A stretch of 64,000 nucleotides of DNA. Origin: Camelus dromedarius (lineage: Eukaryota). Where the stretch lies: contig NC_087437.1 of the NCBI RefSeq assembly GCF_036321535.1, positions 46,626,001 through 46,690,000 of the forward strand, in the 5' to 3' direction. Made by a program: the position numbers and the translations under genes. Under the pieces are notes generated by a model, which worked only from the letters and a program-made list of their open reading frames with translations, was not told where the DNA came from and did no database searches. Positions 13,101 to 24,769 of this stretch are shown one piece after another (the first letter of the stretch is position 1; each line of letters begins with the position of its first letter).

Positions 13101-13824
13101 ACGATACTTCCTGGGGCTCTGTGTTTGCCCGGCACCCCACCCGGGAGTCCCTCTGGCTCACTTGCCCACGTGGCCACAGGCTTCTCAAGGCCTGTGCTCA
13201 GTGTGGCTGCAGCTGTATTGCTTTTCTCATATTCTTTTCTTTCTCTCTACTTTGTGCAGCATTAGCTGGCAACCTCTGAAGCAGGTCCACCAGCTCCCAT
13301 AGACCCAATGGTCATGGCTGTTGTTGGTGGTCATTGCAAAGGTGGATACAGGATTTAAAATAAGAAAAGACCAAAACAGGCAATGTGGGACAAATGTTGA
13401 TTTGACAGATCTGAGCACCCAGGAAAGGATGTGTGTTTACAGAGTAAGACTGAGCAAATCTGCACCAGGATGGTTTTATTCTAAGTGCTTAACCTGATGT
13501 ATTTTTGTAGGTCAAGCACCCATTTCAACTAAATCAAACACAAAGAAACATCTTAACAGCATTTTAAAGATATGGAAAAACAAACTATAAAGAAAAAATA
13601 AATTTTATTCCATTCTTTCCATCTAGAGAAAGTCACTCTTAATATTTTGGCTATGTCCTGACAGAGAGAGAGAGTGAGGGAGGGATGGAGAGAGAAGGAC
13701 AGCGAGAAAGAGAGGAATGGAAATAGAAACATTTCATAAAATAGAGATCGCAGATTGTGCATAATTATCTTTTCTTTCAGTTCTGACCACTCGCCCATAT
13801 CACTGTCATTTGGAAACATGTTTT

Positions 13825-13941
13825 ATTTTTATTTTTATTTTTTTTAACATTTTTTATTGATTTATAATCATTTTACAATGTGTCAAATTCAAAGAAGATG
13901 TGGTATATTTATACAATGGAATACTACTCAGCCATAAAAAC
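13825..13941 (-). mobile_element. Young, tiny 5'-inverted L1 insertion within an older L1ME
   Basis: Perfect 14-bp TSD TGGAAACATGTTTT (13811-13824 and 13942-13955); poly(T) plus antisense L1 tail to 13890, then sense L1 AAAGAAGATGTGGTATATTTATACAATGGAATACTACTCAGCCATAAAAA. Confidence 0.92.
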
Positions 13942-15309
13942 TGGAAACATGTTTTTAATGACCTAATAATAGCAAACAGCTAATTTAATGCTTGCTCTAT
14001 TTGGGGACATTTGTATTATTTCAAACTTTTTTTCCTTTTTCTATTATAAATAATACTTAAGTGGATATCCTTGAATATGTATCCTCATCCACATTTTAAA
14101 CTGTTTCCTTATAAGAGAATCATAGGCATATAATTATGGCTTTTTAAAATAGCTCTTGATGTATGTTAACAATTTTTCCCAAGAATCTGGTACTAAGAAT
14201 TACTACCAGCAGTGTTTAAGAATGACTGACTTAGGGATTATTATTTTAAAGTATTGATAAGTGTGAAAACTGTTACATAATAGTTTTGCATTTTTGGTTA
14301 TTTAATTACTAAGCTTGAACACTGTTCTCATGTTTAATTAACAATTATGTCTTTTTTGTAAATTATCTGTTTATGTCTCGAGTAATTTTCTTAATAGATT
14401 TTCTTTCCGTTGAGTCTTTGGATATCATTTTGTGGGTAATTTTTTTGGCCAATTTATAATTTGTTGTCTAACTTTATTTAATAAAAAATTTCAGTTGTAT
14501 TAAAAAGCTAAGTGTAGAATAAATGGAACCAAGAAAACTCTAGTTGAATTTTGAACTGCTATTTAATGGCAGATAATTTTTTAAAAGTATAAATGTAATG
14601 AAAGAAATAATGAAGAGGAAGATCGAATTGAACTGCAACCAAATGTAAACCATTTGCTTTTCAAAACAATTTCAGAATATAGTATGTGATATGCAATTAT
14701 GGAACTAAACATAAAGTATAATTACCATTTTTGAAAAACTAATACATAATGTCAAATTATTTTCCAAATTAGTTATACCAGTTTATAGTCTCCCTTCCCA
14801 GGAAAAAATGTGATAGTGAATCAAATACATATTTAAGAATGCTCATAGCAGTATGATTTGCAATAGTCAAAAAGTGACGAAAAAGTGTTTCACATATTCA
14901 TTAAACAAGAGAGTGGAGAAATTATACATTTTTTCATCTGCTCGGACAATGAGCCAGAGCTGCACACAGCACCGTGTGTGAATCCCGTAAACACAATGGA
15001 AAACAAAAGAAAGCAATATACAAAATACATATGGTGTTACTCTATTTACATAAAGTTCATGAACAGCAGTAAACTGCTGGGTATATATATATATATATCC
15101 TCAAAACTATAAGGAAAAACCGAAAAGTGATAAACACAAAGCTTTTGTTTAGATTATTGCTTCTTCACCCTGGCTGCACATTAGAAGTAACTGGGGAGTT
15201 TTTAAAAAATATATTGATGCCCAGGACCCCTCCCAGAACAATTAAGTTAAAATCACTTTATTCAGTGGCTTAGCTAAAGCTTACAGTAAACAAATACTTA
15301 GTGCATCAT

Positions 15310-16570
15310 TGAGGAAATTAGGGTCATCCTTTCTCAGTACCTCAAGGTCTTTGCTCCTGCAATTATTCCCTCTCCTGCAGCACTCATTTCTTCCTCCTGA
15401 CTGGGTTACTCTCTCTGGCACAAGCCTTAATGTTAGCTGTCTTAAAGGAAACAATCAAACAAAGAAATAAGAAACAGTCTCTTGACATGATGTCTTCCTC
15501 CTTCCATCTACTAACCTGTTGTTGTTGTTTCTTCCCTCTGCTTTTATATTCATTGTCCTGCAGTCAATTGTCTGCACCTCTTCTTTCTATTTCCTTATTT
15601 CCATGTCCTCTCAGCCCACTTTACCCAGGCTTGTATCCCCAGAACTGCCCCTAAACAGCTTTCATTAAGATAAGCAGAGCAATGACCTCCATCCTACCAG
15701 ACCCATATAGTTGATTCTTTGACTTCATCATGTTCAACCCTCCTACTCCACCATCACTCCTTGTGCTGGGTTCGTCTTTCTCCCCTGACCCTGAAATGTT
15801 GGTTATGCCCACGTCTTAGTTCTTGGCCTTGTTCTTTATTCTCTTTCCTTATATGAGCCCATCCTGTGCCATGCCTTTAAGTGTCATGTACATGTTATTG
15901 ACTCTTAATTGTTTATCTTCAACTCTGTTGTGTCCCCTGAACTTGGACTAAAATATCCAACAGTCTATTCTACATGTTTACCTATGCAATTGATTTCAAC
16001 CCCAAACTAATGTCTGCCATTCACCCAGTTGCTTAAAATAACAGTGACATTTAATGTATCAGCAAATATTCTTAGATAGACCTTCAAGTTGTAAAATGAA
16101 CATATCACTTCCACCATATCTACTTCTACTACCTTAATATAAGACATTTCTAAGCTATTGCAGCAATCTCCTAACTATTCTTCCTGCTTCCACTATTTAT
16201 CTCCTTACAGTCTTCCTAAAGGAGCTTGATCCTTTTTAAATGTCTATCAGATTGCATGTCTCTCATGTTAGAAACCCTCAATAGTGTCCCATGGCTGCTC
16301 CATATCCCAGGAAGACACACCAGATCTAGCCACTGGCCACACCTCTGATACCACTTCTTACCACTCTCACCTTGGCACTGTTTTCTAGCCTTATTAAAAA
16401 CTATATGAGGTTATTTATTTGTGTATATGTGTAGTCTCTTCCCTACTTCAGTAGAATACCAGCTTCAAAAAAGTGGGGACTTTGTCTCAATCTCTGCTGT
16501 GTCCTTAGCATTTAGAGCAGTGCCTGACAATTGGAAAGGTCACAATAAATATGTTGAATGGATAAATAAA
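15310..16570 (+). mobile_element. L2 LINE (long 3' portion)
   Basis: Pyrimidine-rich L2 body (AATGACCTCCAT, CTCCTAACT..CTTCCTGCTTCC) ending in GTGCCTGACA..CAATAAATATGTTGAATGGATAAAT. Confidence 0.8.
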
Positions 16571-18512
16571 TACTAAATCAAACCAGACTTTCTACTCTTT
16601 AATGTTTTATTTGAGTGTCTGTGTTTTATACTTAAGCTGGATAAGATTTTTCAATTTTATTTGCAAACCTTCTTGATCATCACGTAATTGAGAATGTCAC
16701 AGTTCAAATCTTGAATATTAAACTTTGATTTGCTCCAATATTGTATCTTTGTAGAAAAAAATATGACTGAGGAAATGTTCATAAAACAATCTCTCCCATC
16801 TCTGAGGCCACGCCTCTTACCCTGAAGTACCCCTGCCTATACATTTTGCTGCTTCTGGTTTTTACCACAAACCCCCAGCGGTGTATTTCCTGCCACACAG
16901 ATGTTTGTCAGTCACTTGTCACCCTTGCTACACTCACACTTTCCTACTTCCCCCCATTGTTACTTTTTTCTCTTCATTATCCTTCATGACTTTTTAGTAA
17001 TATGAATTCTTTTAGCATCTCTCTGAGATCTGGAAGTAGGGGCACATTATCAGAAGCACTTTTCTTTCTCTCCAATGTGACTCGCAGGCCTTTGTCAGCG
17101 TGGAGCTATCTTTTGAAAGAAAGCATAGGAGGTTAATATTGACAATTTGAACCAGATGGCCTGGAGACACTATGAGATCTTTCACTAGCTGCAATTCTGG
17201 GCTCAATCAAGATCTTAATTAACAGCATTGTTCTTATTTATTATACAATCGTCAGTATGCTGTGTTACGCTGATTATGCATTAGACATGTGCTGTTCTTT
17301 GGGTGAACAGTTCACTCGAGTATAACTTGAGGAAAATACAAAAATGTTATTTTAAAATATAAATGTACCTAATTTAAATGTCCCTGAAGTGAATTAAATG
17401 GCAATTTTGTGCTGTTCTTAAGAGAAAGGATTTACACCTACACTGTAAATTATAAAGCAAGCTGCAGTGTTCTTAGCACCCACTTCATGCTGTTTCTGTT
17501 AAGAATTCCCAGAAGGGCCTCTTAGAATATACTAGCGATTAAGTGAACTACAGTACATTCTAAAGGATTTTATAATACCACGGAGAAATAAAAATAAAAC
17601 ACAAAATATATATTTAAATTATAAAAAAAGGTGTTTCAAAAATTAAATTAGGATGTATCTGATGGTTCATTCTTCATATTAACATAGAATTTCTGTCCCC
17701 ACTCCCTACACAGTAATTCAAAGGCAACATTTAATGATGCAAACTGCCTATTTCTGGGTGGTTGATACAAAATGTCAAAAGACCAAATGTCACCATTGGC
17801 TCAAGTATTGTGATATTTGCAAAAAAAAATATAGACTATCATTAAGCTAAAAATATTATTATATTACCACAAAAGTAACAATATCACTACAACAAATTAC
17901 AAAAGAGGAGCTATATTATCCTTGCTCTTTTATATTTTAAATAAATAAAGTAGACATGAGAATCATAGAAAGAGTCATTCCTCTGAAATCATCTTCAGTC
18001 ATTCCTGGCCTTTAGATCTTTGCCCAAATATTGAAGTCCTCCTCATATTTCTAGGTCATGGGCAGTGAAACTGCCCATTGCCCATGGAAATTAACACTTT
18101 CCTGGATTTACACTTTGGAAATCCTATTTTTTTCTCTCCTCCCCCCTTTTTGGAAAGCATTATATCTCCCTCTCTTTTGGTATTCACCACAATGTGTCCC
18201 TATTCTCCATTATCTGATAGGATCCTTAAGGGCAGAAACTGTAGTTATTTATCTTGGTATTAAATTTCCCACCATAGGATTTGCTTATAGTAAGTGCTCC
18301 CTGAAAATTTTAATTGAATGACATTGATTTCATTACCATTAGCTATCAATACAATGTCTCACCACATCCAAGGATTTCTGTAACTCTTAGAGTTTTGCAA
18401 CAAATTAAGTGATGATCATTATTGAATGCTTTTTACATTCAGGATACTAATACCTGTGGGGAAGGAAAGACAACAAATAAATTATGAAGCCTGTAGTCAT
18501 GATAGGAAAAAA

Positions 18513-18993
18513 TGAAGGGCAGGGGAACGAAATTTGCCACATCAAAATGTCAGAATGTAGATAGAGGAAGGTAGCTATTCCAGGAAGGCAGCTATCACCA
18601 TTGATGATGATAGTATAATATGAACTAGGCATGATAGACAAGGAGGAACCTAGCACAGCCTGTTAACATTTCTCTCTATGTCCCATTGTCTCTGCATAGC
18701 CCGGCAAACGTTTGTTTATCAGATATTTGCTTTTCCATATTCATATCAATTGCCTTTTTCCCCTTTAAGGTCCCAAACCACTACATCCAACATCCTCTTT
18801 TGTCTTTAGCTGAAGATGGTTTTTAAGGTGAGGGCTTGGGCCATTTTGCCAATTTATTTAGTTCTCCTGGGTCTCTCCCATGTATAAGATTTGTTTGATT
18901 TTTCTCCTGTTAATCACCTCATGTCAATTTAATTCTTAGATCAGCCAGAAGAATCTAGAAAAGCAGAGAAAAATTTCTTCCCCCCCCCCAACA
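18513..18993 (+). mobile_element. ERV1-type solo LTR (MER34-like)
   Basis: Start TGAAGGG...AAATTTGCCACATCAAAATGTC; end TTTTCTCCTGTTAATC..ATGTCAATTTAATT..CAGCCAGAAGAA...TTTCTTCCCCCCCCAACA. Confidence 0.6.
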
Positions 18994-19271
18994 AAGGTGT
19001 AATGGACTTTATACAAAATAATAAATAGCAAAACACATCTTTGTTTCCCAAACCAGTAGGATTAAGAAAAAGAGACTGGGCACTTTCATTCTACTCAATC
19101 AAAATTTTCAACTGGTTTAGATATTTTAAGTAAAGCTTTTTTTAAAAAAAAAGTTACACAACTATATTATGTGTATAGAAGATGTAGATAATTTAGAATA
19201 TATGTTTATGGGGGTAGGGCTGTTTTAATTTTTTAATGTAGATAATTTCAAACATGCATGTGGAGTGAATA

Positions 19272-19432
19272 TGCATACAGAAAAAACTGCTTGTTTTTTT
19301 TCCTTACTGTAAATATTCAGAACGCTTTACTTCTGGTCTCCAAATGTGTAGGGATTTTATTCCCCCACATCAAGCAATCCTACAGAGAAATATATGTATT
19401 TTCTTATTATTATTATTTCTTATTATTTCACA
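19272..19432 (-). mobile_element. Internally deleted MER21-like mini-LTR
   Basis: TG start with ACTTCTGGTCTCCAAATGTGTAGGGATTTT..CCCCACA.CAAGCAAT joined directly to AAATATATGTATTTTCTTATT...TTTCACA end. Confidence 0.5.
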
Positions 19433-19733
19433 GTATGTATCTATGATCCCATCCAGCCTCAATAATTATCATTCATGACCAATACTGTTTCATTTAGGTC
19501 CCAACTGACTTACTCCTCACACTATGAATTATTTTGAAGCAAATTCTCAAATCATATCATTTTAACAATAAATATTTCAGTATATATTCTTTAAAAATGT
19601 CATTTGAATATCTAAAAATATTTAAAATAATTCATTGTAATATTCTAAATCATCCAAGTGACTCATAATTTAATTATTACATTTGCTTGATTGATTCAGG
19701 ATTCATGTAACTTTATACATTAAATATCTTTTA

Positions 19734-20180
19734 TTTTCTCTCTTTATTTACACAAGAGCTAGCCAGAAAGAATCACAGAATGTTCTGGGTTGCCAGTATC
19801 AGAAGAAAGAAGTCATGGCAGGAGTAAAAGAAGGGAAGAGGGGATTGGGGCAGCATTTTAAGGCCAAAGCTTGTGTGTGATACTTACCTGTTCTCTGGAA
19901 GCCTCTCAGTTCCTGGGGCAGTGTTTGGGGGTCTCAGTGTCCTTTAGATTTCTTTAAGTCCTATTTCTCTGGCTTGCTGGTTCCTGGAACTTAGATGGAT
20001 TGGATTATCTCTGGGCAAGTATTGTGTTTGTCTTCAGCTAGTTCTTGGTGCTGTGTCTAGACACCTTCTAAGTTCTTTGACTTAAACTGGTCAGTGCTAG
20101 TAGACTTATGAAAATCCTACTTGTGCCCATAGGTAGAATGGTTGGGAGTTTGCATCCTCTGAAACCTCCCATCTCCTGAG
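19734..20180 (-). pseudogene. Candidate retroposed RNA of unknown origin
   Basis: Flanked by ATATCTTTTA/ATGTCTTTTA duplication; T-rich tail and TTTATT at the left end; interrupts a colinear L1MC. Confidence 0.5.
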
Positions 20181-20891
20181 ATGTCTTTTAAATGCACAAG
20201 TTTATCCTACCTCATTTTTTTCCTCCATGCTACTTATTCATTGAATAAACCAAGATGTTTGTCCTGTAGAGTTTCACACAATCTGGATTTTATGACTGTG
20301 TCTCTGTGGTAGTGTTTAATTTTTTTTTTTTCTCTTACATTCTCTGTAAATTGAGTAGTTAAACTCTAGAAGATTTACCAGACTTGGATTTCACATTTTT
20401 GGCAAGAGAAGTTCTTAGGTGATATGCCAGCAGAGGCACATAATGTATACTTCTCATTTGTGGTGTATAATGTTAGTAACCATTGATATTCATCAACTAG
20501 AGCAACATTTCATTAGGGTTTGCAAAATATTAATAGTATAATTCTATTATTCTATCTTTATTAGTTGAAATAATTATCTAAAGAAAAACTTTCTATATCT
20601 ACTTGGTTCTGGGAAAGGTAGGAAGAATATTTACGTTTGTCTCTATATTTACTGGTTATCAAAACAGTGATTTAATCTCATAACATCTTTCAAAGATGCC
20701 TGATTAATTCTTTTCTTAGTATCATTATGAATACATAGATTTAAGCATATTGGATTATGCATTAATGCATCACAGTTATTATTCTACTGATACTCAAATG
20801 TCCTCTCTCTGGCAAGTAGAAGCTTCGTCAGTTGGCTCCTGAATATTTTTTACATGATTACAGTAGATACCTTGCTTTCTCTTGTAACACA

Positions 20892-21731
20892 ATTATGATA
20901 TTGTGATTTATAACAAGAAATATATAATTGGTCTTCATCCTATTCCTGGCACAGAACTCCTAGAACCCTTGGAGTGTCCTAAACAATGAGCACTATAAAG
21001 GTGTCTTCTGTTATGTTAATGCAGTTATTTTTGGAATGCTCCTTGGTCACAGGTCACATAAGGATGGGGACTGGTCACCAGAGGAAACAACAATGTGAGT
21101 GAGAAGGTTGAAACTTCTATCATACACTCTGGCCTCCAGGGAGGGAAAGGGTTCAAAGATAGAGCTCAATTAGCAGTGGTCAGTGATTTAGTCAATCATT
21201 CCTGTAATGAAGCCTCCATAAAAACTGAACAGGAAGGATTTTGCAGAGCTTCTGGGTTTGTGAATATGTGGAGGTGCTGGGAGAATGGCCCACTCAGAGG
21301 AGGCATGGAAGTTCCACTCCCTTCCCTCAAACTTTGTCTTATGCATCTCTTCCATCAGCTATTCCTGAGTTATATCCTTTTATATATAATAAATCAATAA
21401 TCTAGTGAGTAAAATGCTTCTCGGGGTTCTGTGATCCACTTGGGCAAATTGGCCAAACCCAGGAGGGGGTCATCGGAAACTTGGATAGTAGGTCAGTCAG
21501 AAGCACAGGTGGCAACATGGACTTGTGATTGGTGTCTGAAGTTGGAGAGAAGGGCAATCTTACAGGACTGAGAACTTAATCCTTGAAATCTGATGCTATC
21601 TTTAGGTAGATGATGTGAGAATTGAGTTGAATTGTAGGTTACCCAGCTGGTGTGGGAAAATTGTGTAGTAGTATGGGATACCACCTCTCCCCGATATATA
21701 TGTGTTGGAATGGGGTACAGAATTTTTAACA
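20892..21731 (+). mobile_element. MER21C-like ERVL LTR
   Basis: TGATATTGTGATTTATAACAAGAAATATATAATTGGTCTTC..TTCCTGGCACAGAACTCCT; GATTTAGTCAATCAT..GTAATGAAGCCTCCATAAAAAC; TCTGATGCTATC..AGGTAGA. Confidence 0.85.
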
Positions 21732-23646
21732 GTGTTTCAGGAATCAGTCATTACTCTAAAAGAGATAGGCATTTATTCATCAAAAGCAGAGATACTTGGC
21801 TACTTTATTCACTGCTGTATCTTTAGTAGCACCTAAAACAGTACCTGGCAAATTATTGGTGTCACTAGAAACTATTTGACTTATATACATATATTTAAAA
21901 GTTAAAGTGAAAGCTAAAAGACAAAAAACAAAAATCAATTCAGATTTCTGCATCCTGCCAACATAGAACAGCAGAGAGAGAATTTACCTTCTCACCTGAA
22001 ATTACTAAAACAAAAACAAAAGCAAAATAAAAATGGGCAAAATATGTAGAACAATAATTCTCAAGACATTGGACAATAGACAATGAAGGACATTAATCCG
22101 TAAGAGATACTAAACAAACTAGGTGAGCTCTCTAATTTCCTTAGTTTATTGTCTTAAAAGTTTCTAGGACACTACACAATGTGGGGGACCCAGGAGCAGT
22201 GTGACAATCACTCCTTGTTGAGAAGCCTGAATTGGAGGTTTAAGGAGGTAAAGGTGGTTAGAGCCCATACGGCAGAGTATCAGAAAGGAGGCAGAGAGGA
22301 GATATGGACCCCAAATGATGCAGATGGTATAAACAGTAGACAAAGATATTAAAATCATTATATGATTAAATATAGTCATTCAAAAAGTTAGAGAAAAGAC
22401 TGACTAGCTTAAGTAGAGAAATAAAAGATTCAAAAATAGATCCACATTGAATTTCTGGAGATGAAAACGACAATATTTGAGATGAAAAATACACTAAATG
22501 GAATTGGTGGCAGATTAAACATTGCAGAAAAGATTAGTGACCATGAATGCATAGAGATAGAAACCATTCAAATAAAACATGTAGAGAAAACAAACATTAA
22601 CAGGTGAACAGAGCATCCTATGAATCATTGAGATGCAGGAAAAAATTAAAACAGCTTAATACACATATAATTGGAGTCTCTGAAGGGAGGGAATGAAGCA
22701 GAAAATGTATATGAATAAATGATGGCTGAAATATTTACAACATTGATAAAATTATAAACTCCCAGATTCAAGAAGCTCAACCAACCCCAAGAAAAAGAAA
22801 CTTAAAGAAAATTACACCAAAGTCATAATAATCAAATTGATTAAAAACAGTGGTAAAAAAAAATGAAAGCAGCCAGAGAAGACACATTACATTTAGAAGT
22901 ACAGATATAATGGAGACAGCAAATTTCTCATCAGAAACAGCACAAGCTAGAAGACAGTCAAGCAACATCTTTAAAGTACAGAGAATAAAAACTGACAACA
23001 TAGAACTCTTAACCAAACAAAAATACATTTCAAAAATGAAGGCAATATACTTTTTCAGACATAGGAAAGCTAAAAGAATTCATCACTAGCAGACTTGCAC
23101 TATAAGAAATGTTAAAGGAAGTTCATCAGGCAGAAGAAAATCATACCAGATGGGGATCTGGATATATACAAAGAATGAATAGCATCAAAAATAGTAAAAG
23201 ATAATTGACTTTTAAGCAAAAGTAATAACAAAGTACTGTGGAGTTTGTAACATATGTAGAAGTTGTATGTACGGCAACAATAATAGAAATGCTGTGGGGG
23301 AGAAAAATAGAGGATATTAAGGTTCTTACAGTATATGTGAAGCAGTATAATACCACTTGAGGATAAACTGTGGAAAGTTAAAGATGCAGTCTATGAACCC
23401 TAAGGCAATAAGTAACATAACAGTAATTATTGTAATAAGCAAAGGAATAAAATAAAATTATAAAAATTACTTAATCCAGGAGAAGGCAGTAAAAGAAGAA
23501 AAATGAAAAAGAACAGAATAGATACATAAAAAACAAATTGCAAGATAGTAGGCTTATATATAAAATATAAATGGTCTAAATATTCAATAAAAGGCATATA
23601 TCATCATATTGTATTAAAAATAAATAAGTAAAACATGAGACAACTA

Positions 23647-23940
23647 CAGGCATACCTTGGAGATATTACAGATATGGTTTCAGACAACTTCAATAAAGCA
23701 AATATCAAAATGACGCAGGCCACATGAATTTTTTGGTTTCCCAGTGCATATAAAAGCTATGTTCACACTATGCTGTAGTCTGTTAAGTTTACAGTAACAT
23801 GTCTAAAAAAAAGTACATACCTTAATTAAGCTTATTTTTGCTAAAAAATGCTAACCATCATCTGACAATGCAGGGTTGCCACCAACCTTCAATGAGTAAA
23901 AAAATACAGTATCTGTGAAGGGCAGTATAGCAAAGCATGA
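23647..23940 (-). mobile_element. Internally deleted Tigger1 MITE (Tigger1a_Art-like)
   Basis: TA|CAGGCATACCTTGGAGATATT TIR; TTTTTTGGTTTCCCAGTGCATATAAAAG; joined to GCAGGGTTGCCAC.AACCTTCAAT from the other end. Confidence 0.8.
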
Positions 23941-24307
23941 ATTTAATTACAGATCATCAAAATACATGAAGCAGAAACTGAGAGAACTGCAAGAAAAAAC
24001 ACAAATCCACAATTATAACCAAAGACTTTAATAACCATTTCTCAAAAACTGATAGAACTCATAGACAGAAAAATCACAACACTATCAACCAATTCAGCAT
24101 ATATGAGGACTTGTGCAGCATTATCAGCCAACTTGACCTAATTCATATTATAGAACAGTTCACTCAACAACAGTGGAAAACATTTTTTTCAACTGTACTT
24201 GAAATATTTGCCAAAATAGACCATATTCTGGGTCAGAAAATAAGTTTCTATAAATTTAAAAAATAATGTCATACAAAGAATTCTCTGACCACAGTGAAAT
24301 TAAAATA

Positions 24308-24769
24308 CTGACAACCCCTAACTTATGATGGTTTGACTTTATGATGGTCGTATATGCATTTAATAATGACTTTATTTTGAATTTTGAATTTTGATATTTT
24401 CCCAGGCTAGTGATATGTGGTACGATACTCTCTCCTGATGCTGAGCAGTGAGCCAGCCGCAGCACCCAGTCAGCCAGGTGTCACAGGAGCCAACAACCAG
24501 TACACTTAAAATCATTCTGTTTTTCACTTTTAGTACAGTATTCAATAAGGTATGTGAGATAGTCAACACTTTATCATAAAATAGGCTTTGTGTTAGATGA
24601 CTGTACCCAACTGTAGGATAATGGGAGGTTCTGAGCACATTTAAGGTAGGCTAGGCTAAGCAAAATGTTTGGTAGTTCAAGTATTTTAAATGCATTTTCG
24701 ATCTATGATATCATCAACTTATGATGGGTTTGTTGGAATGTAATCTCATCGAAAGTCGAGGAGGAACTG
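24308..24769 (-). mobile_element. Tigger5b/MER47-family MITE
   Basis: TA-flanked; AAAATAGGCTTTGTGTTAGATGA, TTTAAGGTAGGCTAGGCTAAGC, AAGTCGAGGAGGAACTG|TA; strand label is relative to the 49761 copy. Confidence 0.85.

Larger units (their letters stand above)
19225..20880 (-). mobile_element. L1MC4/5-like 3' region hosting two nested insertions
   Basis: AATTATTTTGAAGCAAAT..ATCATATCATT; TTTGTCCTGTAGAGTTTCACACAATCTGGATTTT. Confidence 0.7.

Noticed and set aside
19880..19890. ATACTTACCTG identical to the U1 snRNA 5' end
   Set aside because: The match stops after 11 nt; better read as a minus-strand consensus splice donor than as a U1 gene
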